64,000 nucleotides of DNA from the human T2T-CHM13v2.0 reference genome, Homo sapiens: the NCBI RefSeq assembly GCF_009914755.1, contig NC_060938.1, one strand, 5' to 3'. The translations under genes were made by a program, and so were the position numbers. How positions within the stretch are numbered: the stretch's first letter is position 1; every line of letters starts with the position of its first letter. The notes below the pieces were generated by a model that did not search any database, had not been told where the DNA came from, and was given only the letters and a program-made list of their open reading frames with translations. This document shows, piece after piece, positions 1 through 16,249 of this stretch.

Positions 1-395
1 ATTGCAAAACAATTCCTGTTAGTGACTGTTATGACAGCCCCAAGAGAATGAAGGCTAAAATTAGACCTTTTGGCTTTTGGTTTGTTTATGAGCAGGTATA
101 TGCAGGCTGTGACCTATCCCCTTTACATCTGCTCATTTCTTATAAAGCAGCAGCATAAGGGCAGGAGTCAGAGAAATGGAATTGCCTCCTTAACTTTTAG
201 AATTGAAGCAGACAGGTATAATGAAGTAAAGGAAAAACATAAATGCACAGATGTGGGATAGGCTTTCTGGAGCTGTTTTTAGCATTCTTTATGTGGCTAA
301 AAATAGGTATATGTACTGGAGTGTTTTTGTTTTCTAAGTTTTTTACTTTTTGACAAAAATGGCATCTTCAAAAGTTTTATTTTTCATTGAGATGA

Positions 396-1642
<1,247 letters not shown>

Positions 1643-1911
1643 TTTAAAGCATGGTTTCAGGTTTCATCAGCTCTGGTCAGAAATATAAATGTTATACCTT
1701 ATATTTATATTTTACATAAAAATATATATTTGCCAATGTCATAAAACAAAAAAAAAGGAAATAGGTCCAATTACTATTCCTTTGAATCTTCAATATGTAA
1801 AAGCAGTATCATTAAAAAAGGCAAATAACTTAAAAGCTTGATACTCTAATTAGCAAAAAGTGGATTTTTTAATGTAAAAAAAGTCATTTCCTTCCAGAAG
1901 TAGATTTTTCC

Positions 1912-3818
1912 TTTTATTTTCAGTTGAAATGTAATAATTGTACACATTTATGGGATACAGAGTGATATTTTGATACATGTATGCAATATGTAATGAGCAA
2001 ATCAGGGTAATTAACATATCCATCATCTTCGGCATTTATCCTTTCTTTTTGTGGTGAGCATTCAAAATCCTCTCTTCTAGCTTTTTTGAAAATATACAGT
2101 AAGTTATTGTTAAACATATTCACCTGACACTGCTACAGTACTTTACAATTTATTCTTCCCATCTAGCTGTAGCTTTGTCTGTTAACCAACCTCTTCCTAT
2201 CATCCCCTTCCTCAATCTTCACAGTACCTCATAACCACTATTCTACACTCCTACAAACTCAAGTTTTTTTTTAGTTCTCACATATGAGTGAGAACACGCA
2301 GTCTTTATCTTTCTGTGCTTGACTTACTTCACTTAACATAAAGTCCTCTAGGCTCATCCATGTTGCCAGGACTGGCAGGATTTCATTCTTTTTCATGGCT
2401 TCTTTTTTATCCCATTGTGCATATATAACACATTTTCTTTATCCATTCATCTGTTGATGGACATTTAGGTTGATTCCATGTCTTAGCTATTATGAATAGA
2501 GCTGAAATAAACATTGGGGTGCAGGTACCTCTTCGATATACTAATTTTTTCTCCTCTGGATAAATACTCAGTAGTGGGATTGCTTGATTGTAAGGTAGTT
2601 CAATTTTTAGTTTTTTTGTGGAACTTCCGTACTGTTTTCCATAATGGAGGTATTAATTTACATTCCCACTAAGAGTGTACAATAGTTGCCTTTTCTCCAC
2701 ATCCTTGCCAGCATTTGTTATTTTCTGCCTTTTGATGATAAATATTCTAACTGGGATGAGATATTTCACTGTGGTTTTGATTTGCATTTCTCTGATGATT
2801 GGTGATGTTGAGCATTTTTTCATGTACTTATTGGCTTCTTGTGTGTCTTCTTTAGAGAAATGTCTACTCAGACCCTTGGCCCATTTTTTAATGATTATTT
2901 GTTTTCTGTTGAGTTGTCTGAGTTCTTTACATATTCTGAATATTAGTCCTTGTCAGATAAATGGTTTGCAAATATTTTCTGCCATTCCACAGATTATGTC
3001 TTCACTCTGTTGATTATTTCCTTTGCTATGCAGAAAATTTTCAGTTTGATATAGTCCGTTTTGTCTATTTCTGCTTTTGTTGTCTATAGTTTTGAAGTCT
3101 TACCCAAGAAATCTTTGCCTAGACCAAACTCCTGAAGTATATTCCCTAGGTTTTCTTTCCCTGTAGTAATTTTATAGTTTCAGGCCTTATGTTAAGTCTT
3201 TAATCCATTTTGAGTCAATATGTTTTGTATATGGTTAGAGACAGAGGTCTGGTTTTATTCTTTCACATATGGATACCCAGTTTCCCAGAACTCTTTATTA
3301 ACGAGGCACTTTTGTTAACACTTTATTAACGAGACACATTGGGGAATGTATGTTCTTGGCAACTTTGTTCAAAATCAGTTAGTTGTAAATGTGTGAATTC
3401 ATTTCCGGTTCTCTATTCTGTTCCATTGGTCTGGGTATTGGTTTTTATACCAATATCACATTATTTTGGTTAATGTAGCTTTGTGGTATATTTTGAAGAC
3501 AGGGAGTGTTATGCCTCGAGCTTTGTTCTTCTTGCTCAGTAATGCTTTGGCTATTTGAGGTTTTTGGGTTGTTCATGCCTCTATATGAATTTCAGGATTT
3601 TTTTTCTATTTTTATGAAGAATATCATTAGTATTTTAATAGGTGTTGCACTGCATCTGTAGATTGCTTTGGGTGGTAAGGTCATTTAAAAATATCAATTC
3701 TTGCAATCCATGAGCTTGGGATGTCATTCCATTTTTTGTGTCCTCTTCAATTTCTTTCGTCAGTGTTTTGTAGTTTTGTTATCGAGATCTTTCATCTCCT
3801 TGGTTAAATTTATTCCTA
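1912..3818 (-). mobile_element. Old LINE-1 3' portion, L1MA-type
   Basis: Reverse complement matches the L1MA 3'UTR ('aatcagggtaattaacatatccatc') and ORF2 3' region. Antisense ORF 2675-3013 is a typical L1 shadow ORF. Confidence 0.85.
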
Positions 3819-3819
3819 T

Positions 3820-4012
3820 AATCTTTCTTTCTTCCGTCCTCTCCTTCCCCTTCCCCTTTTCCTTCCTTCCTTCCTTCATTTCTCTTTCTTTCCCTCTCCT
3901 TCCTCTCTTTTCCTTCTTTCCTCTTTTTCTTTTTTCTTCCTTATTTCTTTTTTCTCCCTTCTTTCTTTTTCCTCTTTCTTTCCTTTCTTTCTCTCTTTCT
4001 TCTTTCTTTTTG
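3820..4012. repeat. Polypyrimidine (CT/TTTC/TTCC) low-complexity tract
   Basis: About 190 nt almost entirely C/T on the + strand. Confidence 0.95.
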
Positions 4013-4126
4013 TTACTCTTGTACAGAAGAAATTTTTACCATATCAGATTAGTTCTCTCATTCATGCCAATATCAAGTGAGCCTGTATTACTCTTTAAAA
4101 AGTCATAAAATACTAAATGGTAACAC

Positions 4127-4858
<732 letters not shown>

Positions 4859-5050
4859 AGACCAAGATGGTGAAACTCCGTCTCTACTAAAAGTACAAAA
4901 ATTAGCTAGATGTGGTGGCGGGCACCTATAATCCCAGCTACTTGGGAGGCTGAGGCAGGAGAATCGCTTGAACCCAGGAGGCAGAGGTTGCAGTGAGCCA
5001 AGATGGTGCACCATTGCACTCCCGCCTGGGCAACAGAGCAGGACTTCGTC
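4859..5050 (+). mobile_element. 5'-truncated AluS fragment without poly-A
   Basis: End of left arm, A-rich linker and right arm. Confidence 0.9.
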
Positions 5051-6639
5051 CCCCCATCACCACCCCCAAAATCAAGCATACATTTTATCCACAGTTGAAA
5101 CCCTCAGGATTTTCTCAGAGATTAATGACTTTTCTTTTATATTCCATACAGTCCTGACAAGATACTTATTAGACCCACAGCATATTTAGAAAAATAAGTT
5201 ACACATGGGTACATGGAGATTCTGGGAAACTGGTAACAGAAAATGCCCTGATTTTTACAAGAAGCAATATCTCAGAATAAGGAAGGGAAGAGACACAGAA
5301 AATATTAGAACATAATAGCTTAGAATCAATTGTGCAAGAGCAGTGCTGTATTTCCAGTTAATGGTGAGGACAATTATTGCATTACAGTACAATCATCAAG
5401 ATTGAGCACAACTGTCCCAAGTCATTAAATAAATGCTCAGCATATTCTGCTTAAGAATGTAAGTGAAAATAAAGAAATGTAAGAACCTTGTTGAAAGACT
5501 CTTAGACGTGATTAAAATAAATATTCATGCTCAAAGATGTAAGAACGCATCACATGAAGTGTCCACCTATGTACAGTACCTCATTACTAATGCTGTTGGC
5601 AGGACATTGTAAGGCCCATTGTAGATGTTCAATTAACATTTGGTGGCTAATTTCATGAATGAATAATACATTAAATGAATATCATTTGTTGTAGATATAC
5701 TGCTAATAAGGTCAGCAAGTTATATGTTTATTTAGATTGTACATAAGAGAAATATTTAGAAATTATTCACAGGCAGGTTTGGAAGAATAAAATGAGATAT
5801 TAAAATACTCAGAAAAGCAATTTAGAAAGTCCATTTTTATTTTTAATTAATTATTATTTTCTTTTTTTTTTTTTTTGGCTCAGAAGGTAGAAAGTCCATT
5901 TTTAAAAAGCCTACTTAATGAAGTAAAAACCATGTCTGCTCACTGAGGTTTTTGGTGTTAGATGTAATAGAGCTAGAGCAATAACCTCATTGGGCTATAA
6001 AATGAAAGTCCCATACCAGAGATTGTATTCTAATTCCCTTAAAAGTTTTTCAAGTGACCTAACCCATTCATCTCACTCAGGCTGTGTGTGTGTGTATAAA
6101 ACAGTTTGAAATATCCTCAGCACAGCTCTCTTGAAGGCAGTCTAGCTTCGGGAGTAAGCGTACTAGTGAAAAAGCTTAAATTGCAAGAACAGAAAATTCA
6201 GAGAACTTTATACTATTACAGACCCATATGGTGGTTTGACAGATCAAACTAACCTCCAAAGGGAAATTTCTATTTGAATAGTAAGTAGATGATTTCAGAC
6301 ATGTGCTTGAAGTTTTATTTAGAAACACAGACTAATGCATCTGTTATCCTAAATAGTGAAATGTGACAAAAAGTCTTTCCTTTCCTATTCTTAGAAACAT
6401 CCCATATAGCCATCTGTTTATCAGTTTCCTCACTTTTTAAAACACTACTGTACATTTTATTAGCTTGACTGGCATGTCTTTAGATAGAGTGTCAAGTATC
6501 AAATTAGGAAATGGACTTTGCAAAATTGGTTACATGCAGTAAAAGCTAAAGAAATGAGTGTCTTTTATCATATTTAAACTAATTTCAAACTATGAACTGA
6601 CATGACTTTAACAAGCTAAATTCCCAACATAATACATAG

Positions 6640-7230
6640 CTAGAATGGACATCTGCTGTTTTTGCCTGTCCATTTCCCCCTTTCTCCTAAAAAGCGTCCG
6701 CACAACTACCTTTCTCCCTCTCTCGCAATATGAAGTTATTATAGGGCTAACTACGCTGTCTATTTTAGCTTTGGACAAATGACTGAAACCTGGTCAATGA
6801 GAGTAACACAATCTTTTGGCAACAGGGAATGGTTTAAGGGTAACATACCTGATTAGGTAACTCAAGCAGCAACAGCCCTGGACTTTCACCGGAGCTACTG
6901 ATAAGTAAGCTCTTGCTAGCTAAGATAGTAGGATGTGAGCCTATAGCTCACATATATATATGTATAGTCACTTCTTACAGGCAGCATGGGTGAAAATGAA
7001 GTTTAAGTCAAGGGAAGCTTTGAATATAAAAGGGCTGACAGATGGTGGGGTAAGCGTTTTAGATGTTACAAATGAATTTTCTTGTGCCACAGTTAGACTA
7101 CATTTGTATTTTTAGTTCCTAAGTGAATAAATACCTCCCTTACTCTCCCTTTTTAAACTCAAGCCTGTTTAAGAAAAAAAAAAAAACAAACGGGTTTAAC
7201 TCACTTCAATCAAGATTTCAGGCCAATACA
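6640..7230 (+). mobile_element. ERVL-class solo LTR (LTR33/LTR16-like), highly diverged
   Basis: Starts 'ggacatctgctgtttttgcctg' and ends '...gggtttaactcacttcaatcaag...ccaataca'. Confidence 0.6.
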
Positions 7231-7334
7231 ATAGTTTCTACAATTCACTACTTTCTTTCCAAATGACTTTGCCATTTTATTATTTAGCAACAATTGAAAA
7301 AATGGAGCTGTGTCTTCTCAGTAAGGGCTTGATT

Positions 7335-7500
7335 CTGATACTAGAGATCAGCGATGTGAGTTGTGTGGTCTTTGACAAACTCAGTCTTCTGAGACTGGTT
7401 TCTTTATCTGTAAAATATACATAAGAATTTGTATCTTGAAGAGTTGTAGTGAAGATTAACAGTGTGTTAAACATCTAGCAGGTGAACACTTGATAAATTG
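7335..7500 (+). mobile_element. MIR
   Basis: MIR core 'gtttctttatctgtaaaat...gttgtagtgaagattaa'. Confidence 0.75.
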
Positions 7501-9819
7501 CATTTTCTTTTCCTTTTTGGAGAAATAGAGGGCTTTTATGTATTTATTTATATTTCACAGGTATGAAAATGACAAAAAGTTCCTCTGAGAAGGAGTTCTC
7601 AAATTCAAAAGTTAAAAGTAATCCTTAACACTCCAGTAATATATTTTTTTTTTCTTTTTAAGGTAGGAATACCCTCTGTTGGGAAACTGATAAAATTTTA
7701 GAAATCGGTCACTAATAAAGGATCTAAGTAAAATTATTTCACAAAGTAAAGCCTTTTTAAATGTACATTAATATAAGGTGTAGTCTCTATAGGCCTAGGG
7801 TTTGCACTGAAGTTTTTCTATGTGGTTTTTATTGTTTGTTGATTTTAATTGGTTTGAGGTTTTTGGCCCTTGTTTTCATCTTTTCTTTTCCATCAGTGAC
7901 TTACTCAATCTGATTTTCTGTAACTTTTGAGTCACATATTTCTGGGATACTATAGTCCTAGGAATAACATGAGAACTAGGTGCCCTGGTAACAAAACATT
8001 TTGAATTGGTTTTAAGTAGAAAAATCTATTTAAGAGAGAATTGAATGTATATAAGTCATGTGGTTTGCTATCCACTGATCCAATAAACTCCATGATGAAT
8101 TCATGTGGCTTGTAAGTTCCTAAAATCATGCCATCTAACATAAAATTTTAGGATATTTTAATTTTTCTTTTTCCCTTGAAACCCAATCTAGATGATATTA
8201 TCATATAACTGTTATTTACCCTTCTGCTTTGTTCAATTTTGTTCTAGTAGTGGTCAATGTAGACGTATCGGTTATACTAGTGGTTTAAAAGTAGATAAAA
8301 ATCAACTATCACTGAAATATTCACATACTTTTACAAACTAAGGTGGATACTTCTCTTATGTGGCATTAGAAAAGTAATGAATGAAAATTACAGTCTATAA
8401 ACTCAAAGCAATTCATTGTAAATTAACCCACTATTTTTAAGAAATCATAAAATTCTGTAAGTAAATTGAATTGAATACTTGTTATCAAGATTAAGTAGTA
8501 TGATGATGTGGCATAATATTTCATATTTAAAATTTTATAGGCATTAGAGTTTACACTTAGATGTGAGGTAAATTCATTAAAATAGTATTTATGGGTAGTC
8601 AGTGTAACGGTTTACATTATGAAAGATTCTTTAGCAGAAAAAGAAGCTCTAAAAAAATACCCCAAAGTCTGCCTTGGCAAGAAATTAAGTCATATGGAAA
8701 AAACCACAAGTTACAATAAAAATTCACTTGATACAGTAATATACATTATTCCTTCTGAATTGTATAGGCAAAAAAACTCCAGCTCCCTAAGCCAACAACC
8801 AAATATTTCTGTTAAGTTCATATGATTTGTTTTCAGGGCAGAACCTCTGCAAGTTTTTATAGTGTAAGGACTGACCAATATAACGAAAATTAGTTATCCA
8901 ATCTAGATGCAAAAAGACAAAGCCATATCTCTGTTGTAATACAGAATCACAAAAGTCACCATCAGCACGCATTGTAATATGTTACTTTATGTAATATGAA
9001 CAGAAGGTAAACTTACAAACGCTGTCAAAATAATTGTCCATAACATGTTTTATTTGGGCTTCTGTTTTTTACCCATGGGCAACTGTAAAAGAAAACATGC
9101 AGTGCCTACTTTCTCAAAGGGTAATTTTTATCTTTGTATTGAGAAACTAAAAAATACTCATGCTTTTTCGAGTCAATAATTCCACTTGGAGGAATGTAAT
9201 CAGAAATGTATAAAATCATATATATGCAAAGACTGTCATTCTATTGTTATTCATAATAACATGATTTTTAAAAGAATTTAAAGCTCATCAACAAATTAGC
9301 CACCATCTCCATTGAGAATCTGATGAACACTAAGTAGAGTCTTTAGCCCAGAAATATCCACCTATGCCTATCCACACACATAGGCACAATATAAACATGA
9401 TATAAAAATTACATTGCCATCTAACTTTGAAAACTATTACAAGACTCAGCAATTGCATGATATATAGGAATAGCTTTTAGAATGATGGAAGGAAGAGAAT
9501 GCAGTTTTCAGAGAAGTAAAAAAATGCTGTACACTTACTGAAATTAAAATGACTGGTCTAAAGAACTTAGCGAGATAGCAGATAAAATTCAAATATTACA
9601 GGCTATGAAGAGTCTTACATACCATTAATATGCTTATTTCCATTCTTTATATTCAAAGATAACACTACTACTGTTTGTTTCTATATGTGATTCGGTATCT
9701 GCAAAGATCAATGAGTAAAGAAGTGCTAGAAGTCTAATCTTTGATTTGATGTTGTAACTGACCGACAAAGCCTGAAGCAATTTGTATTTTCTCTTGTTCT
9801 ATCAAAGTGCAAAGTACCA

Positions 9820-9965
9820 GTCATTTATTCATGTAATACAATTCAATTTCATAAACATTCTCATCAATTCAATTCCATAAACATATCTACTTTGTGCAAG
9901 ACTTAGGTGTCAGATATTAAAAAGATGAATAAAACACAGAAACTGTATTCCAGGGACCTCACCAT
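9820..9965 (-). mobile_element. L2 3' end
   Basis: 'tcatttattc...ctactttgtgcaagacttaggtg...gatgaataaaacacag'. Confidence 0.6.
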
Positions 9966-10299
9966 ATTAAGGACAATTCTTAAGAATTTATTTTCAATAG
10001 TTAGAATGTATACTGCATGAAGACACCTTTTTTCCCCCTCAGTGATATATCCAAAGTACCTAGAACAATTACATAATTACTAAGACAGAGGAAGAATCTG
10101 AACTAAGGTTGACCTGACTCTAAAGTCCATATTACTAGCTGATGTGTTATTCAGCTCTTCTGTACTCTGAATTCTTACCAGTCACCTGATTAAAAAGGTG
10201 CTGCTTCTATAATGTATAAAATTATATACCTGAAAAGCAATAGCAAGCATATTCCATAATAATTAACACAGAAGAGTCACAAGATAGCTAAATACTATG

Positions 10300-11000
10300 A
10301 CAACTATCCTTCAGTATTTTTCTTTTTAGTTTTCTATGTATGCACACATCACTAAATAATACATTGTTTCATTTTCCTGTCTTTTAGTATTGTATACATA
10401 GAATTATACTATATGTGTACTTTGTTGACTTGCTATTTACATTCAACATAATACTATTGAGACTTTACCATGTTAGTGAGTTTATATATACTAAGTATAA
10501 ATATTATATAATATACTCTGTATATACTGCATATAGTATATATGTTATATAATATGGTACATATATATCAGTATATTATTGTATATTATACATATGATAT
10601 ATACTATACATTCTAGTGCATTATACAGATTACATATATAATGAAAATTACAATGTTATCCTTGGAGTCCATCATACTATATATAATATATAAAATCTAT
10701 TATCTATATAATATAACATGCTATATATATTATAGTGCATTCACTATAACAGTTTTTTAGTATTCTGCTCTGTGAATATATCCTAGTTTTTCTATTCTTC
10801 CATGAATGGGCATGTGGGTCATTTCCAATTACTCTGCAATTACAAATGGTGACTACTTATGTGCATATCTCCTAGTTCGGGTGTGTAAGCTTCTCACGGG
10901 TGTATGTCTGGGAGTGGAATTGCTGAGTCAAGTGGCAAGTGCATACATTCAATTTTTTAAAATGATGTGAGTTATTTTCCAACATTCATGCACCAGTTTA
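10300..11000 (-). mobile_element. L1ME-type fragment with internal AT-rich/(TA)n expansion (~10480-10740)
   Basis: Antisense L1M 3' motifs 'atgggcatgtgggtcatttcca' and 'gagtggaattgctgagtca'. Confidence 0.6.
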
Positions 11001-11075
11001 TAAATATGCACTAAGAATGAGTGAAAGGGCTATTGTTTTAGTGCTCACTACGTGTGCATTTAAAAATTAAAAATA

Positions 11076-11401
11076 GGATGGGGTTTGGGATTCACACCTG
11101 TAATCCAGTACTTCGGGAGGCTGGGGTGGGAGGATTGCTTGAGCCCAGGAGTGCAAGAGCAGCCTGGGCAACATAGTGGGACTCCGTTTCTACAAAAAAA
11201 TAAAAAATTAGCTGGGTATGGTGATGTGTGTCTGTAGTCCCAGCTATTCTGGAGGCTGAGGCAGGAGGATCACGTGAGCCCAGAAGGTCAAGGTTGCCTT
11301 GAGCCGTGACTGCCACCACTACACTCCAATCTGGGTGCCAGAGTTAGACCCTGCCTAGAAACAAACAAACAAACAAACAAACAAAAACAAAACAAAACAA
11401 A
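11076..11401 (+). mobile_element. AluJ with (AAAC)n tail
   Basis: J diagnostics 'ggaggattgcttgagcccagg', 'gggcaacatag' and 'aggatcacgtgagcc'. Confidence 0.93.
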
Positions 11402-11489
11402 CTAGCTTCTTTTGAAACTTTCCTCAAGAGAGATAATATACATTGGCACAGGGGTCCGATATGTCAATAGTAATACTTTCCGTTGTAAA

Positions 11490-11925
11490 TATTTCATATC
11501 TCTGTCCTGCTTAAAGCATAAAAGTTGTCACTCACAGTGGCCCCATGATCAAGTTAATACCCCTTGTAGAGCTCACAAGCTCTCCTGTTTCTGTTATGGC
11601 CTGCCTTCTTCTCCAGTGTCTTCTGCCACCTCTGTCTCTCTCTCTATTGCTTTCCTCCGTCTCTCTCATATATGCCAGGGCCAAACTGAAGTTCTTTCAT
11701 TTCTCCAACAAGATTTCTAATCTTAACAATCAGTTCATCTGCCTCTTGCATCCCTATTCCCACACCTAGGACAAGCAAGACTTCCCACTACGTATTCCCA
11801 TCCACAGTTTGGACTATGGATTTTAAAAAGTGGGGATCAGACTTATCTCATTCACCACTGTATCTTCTTTGCATAGCTCATTGTCTGGTTCAAACCAGGT
11901 CCTCAATAAATAATTAAATAAATGA
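11490..11925 (+). mobile_element. L2 3' region
   Basis: Ends 'cttatctcattcaccactgtatc...ggtcctcaataaataattaaataaatga'. Confidence 0.6.
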
Positions 11926-13862
11926 CTACCTGTTTCTAGTTAAAATAAACGTGTGCCCATGGGAGGTGTCCCATCCATTCTTGGTATTAAAAAAATGTGA
12001 ATCCCTATGTCTAAGTATCAAACCCTGGACCACAATGAATTCATCAAGAGCTATGTACAGGGCCCTCTTGGACCATGGAGTCTTTCCTGGGTATTCATGC
12101 CTAAGGTAGGAAGTACCTAAGCCATGCATATCTTCCTTAATATTTGAAATATCAACAATTTCCCACGACTGGAAAGCCATATATGAAGGAGATGAGGCTA
12201 GAAATTTGGGTCACTAGGGATCCTGCCTGCTGCGTTACTAAGTTTAGATTACATCCTACAGAAAATGAGAATTACTATAAGATTTAAGTTTAGGCAAGTC
12301 ATGATTAATTGGTGTTTAAGATGTACTTGTTAGATTGCTTTCAGAGGAATAACTGTTGAGAAACAAAGATTCTTGCTGGAAAGCCATAATGCCAACTTTG
12401 ACTTTACACTCACTACATTCTAATAGATGAGTGAGTCTTTAATGTTTTCCTCTTGACAACATTTTTTGGATTGATGCCAGATTCCCGAAGGGCATTTCTG
12501 GATGGAAAGTTTTAAAGCAATAAAAATGTTCTCCAAGGACATAAGACTATTTTTAAAAGTTTTGAAAGTGGTACTAATATCAATATAGATGTTTATTGGA
12601 GACACAGGTAGAAAACAAGAAAAGCAAAGTAATATTTTGAATATATTTTTCAATATTTTGTATTTCACAATTGGTGAGTTACGCTTAGTAGGCATTTTTT
12701 CCAGGTTGTATAAATAAGAAAATGTAACTAACATGTTATTCTCCCTTTATCCTGGTAATCATTTTTTCCCAACTTCTAATTTGGAGAAGCCAACCTCGCA
12801 AGTTTAGTTAATTTTATCTCTGTGTTTTGCCCCCACTTTTCCCTATTCTCCTACAATTGTCACTCACATGTCTTTTTTTCCATTTCCACAGGTACCACTT
12901 CAGCTTACCTCCCGATGCCTGAATTGTAACAAAAGCCTTCCAACAGTTTCCTTCTCTACATTTTCTCTCCTCTCTGGTATATTCCCAACACAGATGTCAG
13001 GATAACTTCCCTTATATAATTTTCATCACATTTTCTCTTTCAGATAAGAACCACCAGTTGCTTCCCACTGCCTGGTTTATCAGTGTGCGTTCACCATAAT
13101 GTTTGTGGTAGGCCACTAATATATGACCTTGCTCCCAGACGACCAGGCCTCCAAATTTATAACTTAGTACAGTGTCTTCTAAAATATCTCCTCTTTTCGT
13201 AGAAGCCAGTTCTCTCTGATCAATCCCTTTATTTGGCCTGCTCGTTCTAGCTACCTATAATGCCTGCTTCTCAAGAGCCTTATAGAAATGTTTCTGGCTT
13301 TATCTCATACACCTCTGATCACTTCCGCAATCTGTCCGTGAAAATTCATTGCAATGTTCTCCTTGGAGTCCATACTCAATTATAGATGAGACACTTGCTA
13401 AGTGAATTTCTCTTTGATTTTGAATGAGAATAGACCCCACACACAGAATTCAATGCACAGTACATTATAAGATGAATTGACATCATCACTATCACGCAGT
13501 CCCAATGCATCCAAATGCCAACTCCACTGGGGGTAAAAAAAGAACAAAAAAACCCCCAAATAAACAAAAAACTAGGTCCTTCTAGTGTCATCCCAGAACT
13601 GAAACATGACCCTGTTATTGCATTTGTTAACTTGTTATATAGTCCTTGAGGCTAAAATTTACGCTGCAAGAAGAGTTTCTTCTTGTGTAGAGGATACAGC
13701 GCCACACAATAACAATGACTGACATTAGTAGGTTTTCAATAAATTAATCAATCCATCCAGTTAATAAGGAGTATACATTATGTGTCAGGTATTGTCTTAT
13801 GTAAAGCAGATTTATCAGCGAACAAAGGAACTTAATTCTGGTGACTTGTTAGTTTCCTCCTA

Positions 13863-14224
13863 AAGGTTGAGCCTCCCTACTGTGAACATTTGAAATCCAA
13901 AACACCCTAAAATCTGAACCTTTTTGAACACTGACATGATGCCACAGTGGAAAACTCCACACCTGACTTCGTGATAGGCTGCAGTCAAAATGCAGGTGCA
14001 CAACACACAGTTTATTCAGTGTTCTCAAGGGAAAAATACAGCTATCTTCAGGCTATGTGTATAAGGTGTATATGAAACATAAATGAATTTTGTGTTTAGA
14101 TTTGGGTCCCATCCCTGAGATTTCTCATTATGTATATGCAAATATTCCAAAATCCAATTTTTAAAAAATCCCAAATCTGAAACGCTTCTGGTCCCAAGCA
14201 TTTTGGTTCAGGGATACTCAAGTG
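13863..14224 (+). mobile_element. Tigger4b (TcMar-Tigger MITE)
   Basis: TIR-like ends 'aaggttgagcctccct' and 'agggatactcaagtg' flanked by TA. Internal 'ggctatgtgtataaggtgtatatgaaacataaatgaatt' matches Tigger4b. Confidence 0.88.
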
Positions 14225-14911
14225 TACTTATTGCTACTTATTTGTTCACTTGTTTTCTGAAATATTCTATGGCTATGACTGCATCTTATGCTTTTTTTAT
14301 ATTACTCCACAGAATGGGAGCTGTTTGCATACATGGTAGTCAGTGACTATTTGCTAAATAGTTGCATGGAATGTTAGAAACCTAATGACTTAGTAAAACT
14401 TATAAATAAGTGAGACTACTGCCCCCTAGCCTAAAATTCATTCCCTGCGCTCACTCAACATCATAGTTCTTTAGGAAGACAAGTTGTTCTATAGCATAAA
14501 GATACAACCTATTTAGATAGTCTAAAGATTCTCCTCTGTTTCTCAAATACAGTCAGTTATGCAGCTCAAAATGCCTCTCATTTTCCTGCTTTTTTTTCTT
14601 CTACTATTGTTGCCTCCAGGCTTTGCAGAAACACATGTTATTCTCCCCCTAAAATCTGTTCCTCTTCTAGTTTTCTCTCTGCCAGCAATGGCACCACACA
14701 GTCTTTTGGTTTTGCACCAGAGAATTAGAGATGAACCCCTCATCTCTAATCTATCACAAGTTTCCTCAGATTTAAACTCTCAAATCAAGATGTTTCTCAC
14801 CATTTCCATTACTATTGTCCCCAGCTAATATTATATTCTTCCTGGGACTGGAATTAGTCTCCTAAATGGCCTCCCCATTTCCATTTTTCCCCCCAACTCT
14901 TCTCCACATTA

Positions 14912-15240
<329 letters not shown>

Positions 15241-15341
15241 AGAAAATACAAATCTGTCCATGTATTCCCAGCCTGCTTAAAACCCTGCAATCAGAGCTCT
15301 TAGAATAAAACTAAAATTTTTAACATGGTCCATTCTACCCA

Positions 15342-15560
15342 TGGTAAGCAGAATTTTGGCCCCCAAAGATACCCATATCCCTGGAGCCATGTTATGCAAG
15401 GGGATATTAAGGTTGTGAATCAGTTGACCTCCAGATATGGCAATTTGTCCTGGATTACCGAGGATGACCTAATGTAATCAGGAAAATCCTTAAAAGTAGA
15501 AAAGAGAAGCAGAAGAGCCAGAGAAGGAGATGCAAGGACAGAAAAAAGATGAGACCTTGA
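15342..15560 (+). mobile_element. MLT1D/E-like LTR 5' fragment
   Basis: 'tggcccccaaagat...aatcagttgacct...cctaatgtaatca'. Confidence 0.65.
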
Positions 15561-15779
15561 AAGGAGAATTCAATCCATCTCATTTTCTCAATTTTCACCT
15601 CATTTATAAATTCTATAAAGTTAAGGGCTGCGTTTGCTTTTTTGCCTACCAATGTATCCATTGCAGACACTCAGTAAATAGTTTCTAAATGCATAAAGAA
15701 ACTACTCCGGATAAGAACTCTTACATTTTTATCAGATAAATCACTGTATTACTTAAATATGCTTATCTTCTTTATAAAA

Positions 15780-16246
15780 ACTGAATGGTGCCCCTAAAAA
15801 GAGACCAGGTCTTAAACCGTGAAACCTGTGAATGTTATCCTATCAGTAACATCTTTGCAGATGTGATTAAATTAAGGTCCTTGAAATGAGGTTATCCTGG
15901 ATTATCCAGTTGGGCACCATATGTCATCCCAAGTGTCCTTATAAAAGAAAAAGAGAGAGAGATGAGACACAGAAAAGAACACAGTGTAACAAGAGAGGAG
16001 CGTATGTAGACGTGGCCACAAGTCAAGAAATGCCAGCAGTCACCAGATGCTGGAAGAGGCAAGAAAAGGGTTCTCCCTTAGGGTTTTCAGAGGGAGTCAG
16101 GTCCTGCTGACACTTTGATTTTGGCTCAGCAAAACTGACTTCAGACTTCTGGCCTCCAAAACCTACGACAGGATACATTTCTGTTCTTTTAAGCCAATAT
16201 GTTTTTGATAATTTGTTACCACAGCCACAGGAACTAAACGAATACA
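15780..16246 (+). mobile_element. MLT1C-like LTR
   Basis: 'tttgcagatgtgattaaattaagg...cagacttctggcctccaaaac...aataca'. Confidence 0.8.
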
Positions 16247-16249
16247 CTC

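Noticed and set aside
3701-4108. Hydrophobic 135-aa 'membrane protein'
   Set aside because: It is translation of the CT-rich low-complexity tract plus antisense L1.
7645-7668. Polypyrimidine-AG|GTAGGA as a recursive splice site on +
   Set aside because: The donor is weak, it is on the strand opposite the inferred transcription, and such a motif is expected by chance next to a T-run.
12410-12520. Minus-strand exon encoding NALRESGINPKNVVKRK...
   Set aside because: The peptide is not recognisable, splice signals are modest, and all three frames hit stops.
14417-14432. CTCF-like motif (ctactgccccctagcc)
   Set aside because: Only the AGGGGGCAG half matches and the conserved 5' CC is missing.
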